A DNA stretch of 64,000 nucleotides from Auanema rhodensis (lineage: Eukaryota > Animalia > Nematoda), in the NCBI GenBank assembly GCA_964057225.1, contig OZ059894.1, positions 23,746,001-23,810,000 of the forward strand, in the 5' to 3' direction. Positions 54,801 to 64,000 of this stretch are shown here, piece after piece. Under the pieces are notes generated by a model that made no database searches, was not told the DNA's origin, and saw only the letters and a program-made list of their open reading frames with translations. The translations under genes and the position numbers were made by a program. Every line of letters begins with the position of its first letter. The first letter of the stretch is position 1.

Positions 54801-57800
54801 GTACACGTGATGTGCACTTGGTATGTAACTCGCTTCACGTGAAAGATAAAGAGATGCGGTTTTCAAAATTAGATTCCCCATGTTCATATTAGTCTAAAAA
54901 CAAATTTTTATTGATATTGGTTCATGGTAACCATGACTTTGAAATTTACGTGAACTTTAATTTATGCTAATTAAATGTACACGTGATGTGCACTTGGTAT
55001 GTAACTCGCTTCACGTGAAAGATAAAGAGATGCGGTTTTCAAAAATAGATTCCCCATGTCCATATTAGTCTAAAAACAAATTTTTATTGATATTGGTTCA
55101 TGGTAACCATGACCTTGGAATTTACGTGAACTTTAATTTATGCTAATTAAATGTACACGTGATGTGCACTTGGTATGTAACTCGCTTCACGTGAAAGATA
55201 AAGAGATGCGGTTTTCAAAATTAGATTCCCCATGTCCATATTAGTCTAAAAACAAATTTTTATTGATATTGGTGCATGGTAACCATGACTTTGAAATTTA
55301 CGTGAACTTTAATTTATGCTAATTAAATGTACACGTGATGTGCACTTGGTATGTAACTCGCTTCACGTGAAAGATAAAGAGATGCGGTTTTCAAAATTAG
55401 ATTCCCCATGTCCATATTAGTCTAAAAACAAATTTTTATTGATATTGGTGCATGGTAACCATGACTTTGAAATTTACGTGAACTTTAATTTATGCTAATT
55501 AAATGTACACGTGATGTGCACTTGGTATGTAACTCGCTTCACGTGAAAGATAAAGAGATGCGGTTTTCAAAATTAGATTCCCCATGTCCATATTAGTCTA
55601 AAAACAAATTTTTATTGATATTGGTTCATGGTAACCATGACTTTGGAATTTACGTGAACTTTAATTTATGCTAATTAAATGTACACGTGATGTGCACTTG
55701 GTATGTAACTCGCTTCACGTGAAAGATAAAGAGATGCGGTTTTCCAAATTAGATTCCCCATGTCCATATTAGTCTAAAAACAAATTTTTATTGATATTGG
55801 TGCATGGTAACCATGACTTTGAAATTTACGTGAACTTTAATTTATGCTAATTAAATGTACACGTGATGTGCACTTGGTATGTAACTCGCTTCACGTGAAA
55901 GATAAAGAGATGCGGTTTTCAAAATTAGATTCCCCATGTCCATATTAGTCTAAAAACAAATTTTTATTGATATTGGTTCATGGTAACCATGACTTTGAAA
56001 TTTACGTGAACTTTAATTTATGCTAATTAAATGTACACGTGATGTGCACTTGGTATGTAACTCGCTTCACGTGAAAGATAAAGAGATGCGGTTTTCAAAA
56101 TTAGATTCCCCATGTCCATATTAGTCTAAAAACAAATTTTTATTGATATTGGTTCATGGTAACCATGACTTTGAAATTTACGTGAACTTTAATTTATGCT
56201 AATTAAATGTACACGTGATGTGCACTTGGTATGTAACTCGCTTCACGTGAAAGATAAAGAGATGCGGTTTTCAAAATTAAATTTCCCATGTCCATATTAG
56301 TCTAAAAACAAATTTTTATTGATATTGGTGCATGGTAACCATGACTTTGAAATTTACGTGAACTTTAATTTATGCTAATTAAATGTACACGTGATGTGCA
56401 CTTGGTATGTAACTCGCTTCACGTAAAAGATAAAGAGATGCGGTTTCCAAAATTAGATTCCCCATGTCCATATTAGTCTAAAAACAAATTTTTATTGATA
56501 TTGGTGCATGGTAACCATGACTTTGAAATTTACGTGAACTTTAATTTATGCTAATTAAATGTACACGTGATGTGCACTTGGTATGTAACTCGCTTCACGT
56601 GAAAGATAAAGAGATACGGTTTTCAAAATTAGATTCCCCATGTCCATATTAGTCTAAAAACAAATTTTTATTGATATTAGTGCATGGTAACCATGACTTT
56701 GAAATTTACGTGAACTTTAATTTATGCTAATTAAATGTACACGTGATGTGCACTTGGTATGTAACTCGCTTCACGTGAAAGATAAAGAGATGCGGTTTTC
56801 AAAATTAGATTCCCCATGTCCATATTAGTCTAAAAACAAATTTTTATTGATATTGGTTCATGGTAACCATGACCTTGGAATTTACGTGAACTTTAATTTA
56901 TGCTAATTAAATGTACACGTGATGTGCACTTGGTATGTAACTCGCTTCACGTGAAAGATAAAGAGATGCGGTTTTCAAAATTAGATTCCCCATGTCCATA
57001 TTAGTCTAAAAACAAATTTTTATTGATATTGGTGCATGGTAACCATGACTTTGAAATTTACGTGAACTTTAATTTATGCTAATTAAATGTACACGTGATG
57101 TGCACTTGGTATGTAACTCGCTTCACGTGAAAGATAAAGAGATGCGGTTTTCAAAATTAGATTCCCCATGTCCATATTAGTCTAAAAACAAATTTTTATT
57201 GATATTGGTGCATGGTAACCATGACTTTGAAATTTACGTGAACTTTAATTTATGCTAATTAAATGTACACGTGATGTGCACTTGGTATGTAACTCGCTTC
57301 ACGTGAAAGATAAAGAGATGCGGTTTTCAAAATTAGATTCCCCATGTCCATATTAGTCTAAAAACAAATTTTTATTGATATTGGTTCATGGTAACCATGA
57401 CTTTGGAATTTACGTGAACTTTAATTTATGCTAATTAAATGTACACGTGATGTGCACTTGGTATGTAACTCGCTTCACGTGAAAGATAAAGAGATGCGGT
57501 TTTCCAAATTAGATTCCCCATGTCCATATTAGTCTAAAAACAAATTTTTATTGATATTGGTGCATGGTAACCATGACTTTGAAATTTACGTGAACTTTAA
57601 TTTATGCTAATTAAATGTACACGTGATGTGCACTTGGTATGTAACTCGCTTCACGTGAAAGATAAAGAGATGCGGTTTTCAAAATTAGATTCCCCATGTC
57701 CATATTAGTCTAAAAACAAATTTTTATTGATATTGGTTCATGGTAACCATGACTTTGAAATTTACGTGAACTTTGATTTATGCTAATTAAATGTACACGT

Positions 57801-60800
57801 GATGTGCACTTGGTATGTAACTCGCTTCACGTGAAAGATAAAGAGATGCGGTTTTCAAAATTAGATTCCCCATGTCCATATTAGTCTAAAAACAAATTTT
57901 TATTGATATTGGTGCATGGTAACCATGACTTTGAAATTTACGTGAACTTTAATTTATGCTAATTAAATGTACACGTGATGTGCACTTGGTATGTAACTCG
58001 CTTCACGTGAAAGATAAAGAGATGCAGTTTTCAAAATTAGATTCCCCATGTACATATTAGTCTAAAAACAAATTTTTATTGATATTGGTGCATGGTAACC
58101 ATGACTTTGAAATTTACGTGAACTTTAATTTATGCTAATTAAATGTACACGTGATGTGCACTTGGTATGTAACTCGCTTCACGTGAAAGATAAAGAGATG
58201 CGGTTTTCAAAATTAGATTCCCCATGTCCATATTAGTCTAAAAACAAATTTTTATTGATATTGGTGCATGGTAACCATGACTTTGAAATTTACGTGAACT
58301 TTAATTTATGCTAATTAAATGTACACGTGATGTGCACTTGGTATGTAACTCGCTTCACGTGAAAGATAAAGAGATGCGGTTTTCAAAATTAGATTCCCCA
58401 TGTCCATATTAGTCTAAAAACAAATTTTTATTGATATTGGTTCATGGTAACCATGACTTTGAAATTTACGTGAACTTTAATTTATGCTAATTAATTGTAC
58501 ACGTGATGTGCACTTGGTATGTAACTCGCTTCACGTGAAAGATAAAGAGATGCGGTTTTCAAAATTAGATTCCCTATGTCCATGTTAGTCTAAAAACAAA
58601 TTTTTATTGATATTGGTTCATGGTAACCATGACTTTGAAATTTACGTGAACTTTGATTTATGCTAATTAAATGTACACGTGATGTGCACTTGGTATGTAA
58701 CTCGCTTCACGTGAAAGATAAAGAGATGCGGTTTTCAAAATAAGATTCCCCATGTCCATATTAGTCTAAAAACAAATTTTTATTGATATTGGTGCATGGT
58801 AACCATGACTTTGAAATTTACGTGAACTTTAATTTATGCTAATTAAATGTACACGTTATGTGCACTTGGTATGTAACTCGCTTCACGTGAAAGATAAAGA
58901 GATGCGGTTTTCAAAATTAGATTCCCCATGTCCATATTAGTCTAAAAACAAATTTTTATTGATATTGGTGCATGGTAACCATGACTTTGAAATTTACGTG
59001 AACTTTAATTTATGCTAATTAAATGTACACGTGATGTGCACTTGGTATGTAACTCGCTTCACGTGAAAGATAAAGAGATGCGGTTTTCAAAATTAGATTC
59101 CCCATGTCCATATTAGTCTAAAAACAAATTTTTATTGATATTGGTTCATGGTAACCATGACTTTGGAATTTACGTGAACTTTAATTTATGCTAATTAAAT
59201 GTACACGTGATGTGCACTTGGTATGTAACTCGCTTCACGTGAAAGATAAAGAGATGCGGTTTTCCAAATTAGATTCCCCATGTCCATATTAGTCTAAAAA
59301 CAAATTTTTATTGATATTGGTGCATGGTAACCATGACTTTGAAATTTACGTGAACTTTAATTTATGCTAATTAAATGTACACGTGATGTGCACTTGGTAT
59401 GTAACTCGCTTCACGTGAAAGATAAAGAGATGCGGTTTTCAAAATTAGATTCCCCATGTCCATATTAGTCTAAAAACAAATTTTTATTGATATTGGTTCA
59501 TGGTAACCATGACTTTGAAATTTACGTGAACTTTAATTTATGCTAATTAAATGTACACGTGATGTGCACTTGGTATGTAACTCGCTTCACGTGAAAGATA
59601 AAGAGATGCGGTTTTCAAAATTAGATTCCCCATGTCCATATTAGTCTAAAAACAAATTTTTATTGATATTGGTTCATGGTAACCATGACTTTGGAATTTA
59701 CGTGAACTTTAATTTATGCTAATTAAATGTACACGTGATGTGCACTTGGTATGTAACTCGCTTCACGTGAAAGATAAAGAGATGCGGTTTTCCAAATTAG
59801 ATTCCCCATGTCCATATTAGTCTAAAAACAAATTTTTATTGATATTGGTGCATGGTAACCATGACTTTGGAATTTACGTGAACTTTAATTTATGCTAATT
59901 AAATGTACACGTGATGTGCACTTGGTATGTAACTCGCTTCACGTGAAAGATAAAGAGATGCGGTTTTCCAAATTAGATTCCCCATGTCCATATTAGTCTA
60001 AAAACAAATTTTTATTGATATTGGTGCATGGTAACCATGACTTTGAAATTTACGTGAACTTTAATTTATGCTAATTAAATGTACACGTGATGTGCACTTG
60101 GTATGTAACTCGCTTCACGTGAAAGATAAAGAGATGCGGTTTTCAAAATTAGATTCCCCATGTCCATATTAGTCTAAAAACAAATTTTTATTGATATTGG
60201 TTCATGGTAACCATGACTTTGGAATTTACGTGAACTTTAATTTATGCTAATTAAATGTACACGTGATGTGCACTTGGTATGTAACTCGCTTCACGTGAAA
60301 GATAAAGAGATGCGGTTTTCCAAATTAGATTCCCCATGTCCATATTAGTCTAAAAACAAATTTTTATTGATATTGGTGCATGGTAACCATGACTTTGAAA
60401 TTTACGTGAACTTTAATTTATGCTAATTAAATGTACACGTGATGTGCACTTGGTATGTAACTCGCTTCACGTGAAAGATAAAGAGATGCGGTTTTCAAAA
60501 TTAGATTCCCCATGTCCATATTAGTCTAAAAACAAATTTTTATTGATATTGGTTCATGGTAACCATGACTTTGAAATTTACGTGAACTTTAATTTATGCT
60601 AATTAAATGTACACGTGATGTGCACTTGGTATGTAACTCGCTTCACGTGAAAGATAAAGAGATGCGGTTTTCAAAATTAGATTCCCCATGTCCATATTAG
60701 TCTAAAAACAAATTTTTATTGATATTGGTTCATGGTAACCATGACTTTGAAATTTACGTGAACTTTAATTTATGCTAATTAAATGTACACGTGATGTGCA

Positions 60801-61666
60801 CTTGGTATGTAACTCGCTTCACGTGAAAGATAAAGAGATGCGGTTTTCAAAATTAAATTTCCCATGTCCATATTAGTCTAAAAACAAATTTTTATTGATA
60901 TTGGTGCATGGTAACCATGACTTTGAAATTTACGTGAACTTTAATTTATGCTAATTAAATGTACACGTGATGTGCACTTGGTATGTAACTCGCTTCACGT
61001 AAAAGATAAAGAGATGCGGTTTCCAAAATTAGATTCCCCATGTACATATTAGTCTAAAAACAAATTTTTATTGATATTGGTGCATGGTAACCATGACTTT
61101 GAAATTTACGTGAACTTTAATTTATGCTAATTAAATGTACACGTGATGTGCACTTGGTATGTAACTCGCTTCACGTGAAAGATAAAGAGATGCGGTTTTC
61201 AAAATTAGATTCCCCATGTCCATATTAGTCTAAAAACAAATTTTTATTGATATTGGTGCATGGTAACCATGACTTTGAAATTTACGTGAACTTTAATTTA
61301 TGCTAATTAAATGTACACGTGATGTGCACTTGGTATGTAACTCGCTTCACGTGAAAGATAAAGAGATGCGGTTTTCAAAATTAGATTCCCCATGTCCATA
61401 TTAGTCTAAAAACAAATTTTTATTGATATTGGTTCATGGTAACCATGACTTTGAAATTTACATGACCTTTAATTTATGCTAATTAATTGTACACGTGATG
61501 TGCACTTGGTATGTAACTCGCTTCACGTGAACGATAAAGAGATGCGGTTTTCAAAATTAGATTCCCCATGTACATATTAGTCTAAAAACAAATTTTTATT
61601 GATATTGGTGCATGGTAACCATGACTTTGAAATTTACGTGAACTTTAATTTATGCTAATTAAATGT

Positions 61667-64000
61667 ACACGTGATGTGCACTTGGTATGTAACTCGCTTC
61701 ACGTAAAAGATAAAGAGATGCGGTTTTCAAAATTAGATTCCCCATGTCCATATTAGTCTAAAAACAAATTTTTATTGATATTGGTGCATGGTAACCATGA
61801 CTTTGAAATTTACGTGAACTTTAATTTATGCTAATTAAATGTACACGTGATGTGCACTTGGTATGTAACTCGCTTCACGTGAAAGATAAAGAGATGCGGT
61901 TTTCAAAATTAGATTCCCCATGTCCATATTAGTCTAAAAACAAATTTTTATTGATATTAGTGCATGGTAACCATGACTTTGAAATTTACGTGAACTTTAA
62001 TTTATGCTAATTAAATGTACACGTGATGTGCACTTGGTATGTAACTCGCTTCACGTGAAAGATAAAGAGATGCGGTTTTCAAAATTAGATTCCCCATGTC
62101 CATATTAGTCTAAAAACAAATTTTTATTGATATTGGTTCATGGTAACCATGACCTTGGAATTTACGTGAACTTTAATTTATGCTAATTAAATGTACACGT
62201 GATGTGCACTTGGTATGTAACTCGCTTCACGTGAAAGATAAAGAGATGCGGTTTTCAAAATTAGATTCCCCATGTCCATATTAGTCTAAAAACAAATTTT
62301 TATTGATATTGGTGCATGGTAACCATGACTTTGAAATTTACGTGAACTTTAATTTATGCTAATTAAATGTACACGTGATGTGCACTTGGTATGTAACTCG
62401 CTTCACGTGAAAGATAAAGAGATGCGGTTTTCAAAATTAGATTCCCCATGTCCATATTAGTCTAAAAACAAATTTTTATTGATATTGGTGCATGGTAACC
62501 ATGACTTTGAAATTTACGTGAACTTTAATTTATGCTAATTAAATGTACACGTGATGTGCACTTGGTATGTAACTCGCTTCACGTGAAAGATAAAGAGATG
62601 CGGTTTTCAAAATTAGATTCCCCATGTCCATATTAGTCTAAAAACAAATTTTTATTGATATTGGTTCATGGTAACCATGACTTTGGAATTTACGTGAACT
62701 TTAATTTATGCTAATTAAATGTACACGTGATGTGCACTTGGTATGTAACTCGCTTCACGTGAAAGATAAAGAGATGCGGTTTTCCAAATTAGATTCCCCA
62801 TGTCCATATTAGTCTAAAAACAAATTTTTATTGATATTGGTGCATGGTAACCATGACTTTGAAATTTACGTGAACTTTAATTTATGCTAATTAAATGTAC
62901 ACGTGATGTGCACTTGGTATGTAACTCGCTTCACGTGAAAGATAAAGAGATGCGGTTTTTAAAATTAGATTCCCCATGTCCATATTAGTCTAAAAACAAA
63001 TTTTTATTGATATTGGTTCATGGTAACCATGACTTTGAAATTTACGTGAACTTTGATTTATGCTAATTAAATGTACACGTGATGTGCACTTGGTATGTAA
63101 CTCGCTTCACGTGAAAGATAAAGAGATGCGGTTTTCAAAATTAGATTCCCCATGTCCATATTAGTCTAAAAACAAATTTTTATTGATATTGGTGCATGGT
63201 AACCATGACTTTGAAATTTACGTGAACTTTAATTTATGCTAATTAAATGTACACGTGATGTGCACTTGGTATGTAACTCGCTTCACGTGAAAGATAAAGA
63301 GATGCAGTTTTCAAAATTAGATTCCCCATGTACATATTAGTCTAAAAACAAATTTTTATTGATATTGGTGCATGGTAACCATGACTTTGAAATTTACGTG
63401 AACTTTAATTTATGCTAATTAAATGTACACGTGATGTGCACTTGGTATGTAACTCGCTTCACGTGAAAGATAAAGAGATGCGGTTTTCAAAATTAGATTC
63501 CCCATGTCCATATTAGTCTAAAAACAAATTTTTATTGATATTGGTGCATGGTAACCATGACTTTGAAATTTACGTGAACTTTAATTTATGCTAATTAAAT
63601 GTACACGTGATGTGCACTTGGTATGTAACTCGCTTCACGTGAAAGATAAAGAGATGCGGTTTTCAAAATTAGATTCCCCATGTCCATATTAGTCTAAAAA
63701 CAAATTTTTATTGATATTGGTTCATGGTAACCATGACTTTGAAATTTACGTGAACTTTAATTTATGCTAATTAATTGTACACGTGATGTGCACTTGGTAT
63801 GTAACTCGCTTCACGTGAAAGATAAAGAGATGCGGTTTTCAAAATTAGATTCCCTATGTCCATGTTAGTCTAAAAACAAATTTTTATTGATATTGGTTCA
63901 TGGTAACCATGACTTTGAAATTTACGTGAACTTTGATTTATGCTAATTAAATGTACACGTGATGTGCACTTGGTATGTAACTCGCTTCACGTGAAAGATA
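61667..64000. repeat. Duplicate of block 56387-58720 at a 30-monomer (5280 bp) offset
   Basis: Paired rare variants: ATTAGTGC (56679/61959), GACCTTGG (56871/62151), CTTTGATT (57771/63051 and 58651/63931), GATGCAG+TACAT (58026/63306), TTAATTGTAC (58491/63771), CCCTATGTCCATG (58571/63851). Confidence 0.9.

Larger units (their letters stand above)
1..64000. repeat. Tandem satellite DNA array, 176-bp monomer, about 364 head-to-tail copies (candidate centromeric/pericentromeric satellite)
   Basis: ACACGTGATG recurs at 1, 177, 353 ... 2641 (15x176+1), 5281, 7921. Phase shifts are explained by nine 5-bp deletions, one -64 bp lesion and one 1-bp deletion (110 bp in total; 64110/176 = about 364). No inversion or foreign insert seen. 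The array runs off both ends. Centromeric role is inferred only from monomer length, AT richness and homogeneity. Confidence 0.98.

Noticed and set aside
1-64000. CRISPR array or other repeat-spacer system
   Set aside because: There are no unique spacers: the entire 176-bp unit is repeated, and no cas or other genes are present.

Overview
The whole 64-kb window is one head-to-tail array of about 364 copies of an AT-rich 176-bp satellite monomer (consensus 57/176 G+C, about 32%), all in the same orientation. Consensus: ACACGTGATGTGCACTTGGTATGTAACTCGCTTCACGTGAAAGATAAAGAGATGCGGTTTTCAAAATTAGATTCCCCATGTCCATATTAGTCTAAAAACAAATTTTTATTGATATTGGTGCATGGTAACCATGACTTTGAAATTTACGTGAACTTTAATTTATGCTAATTAAATGT. 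Most copies differ from it by 0-5 nt. The monomer length and homogeneity are typical of eukaryotic centromeric or pericentromeric satellite DNA, but I do not recognise the family or organism. I see no credible genes, RNA genes, transposons or CRISPR array; the three ORFs are by-products of the repeat. The information is in the variant pattern: nested 2-, 3-, 8-, 17/15- and 10-monomer higher-order repeats, 6-8 kb blocks duplicated about 20 kb apart, a block duplicated at a 30-monomer offset, a roughly mirror-symmetric layering of variant families, one double-deletion/filler scar at 39.7-39.8 kb, and a monomer rich in dyads and CACGTG E-boxes. All variant calls were read by eye, so counts may be slightly incomplete. 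I cannot support a novel gene-based system here.
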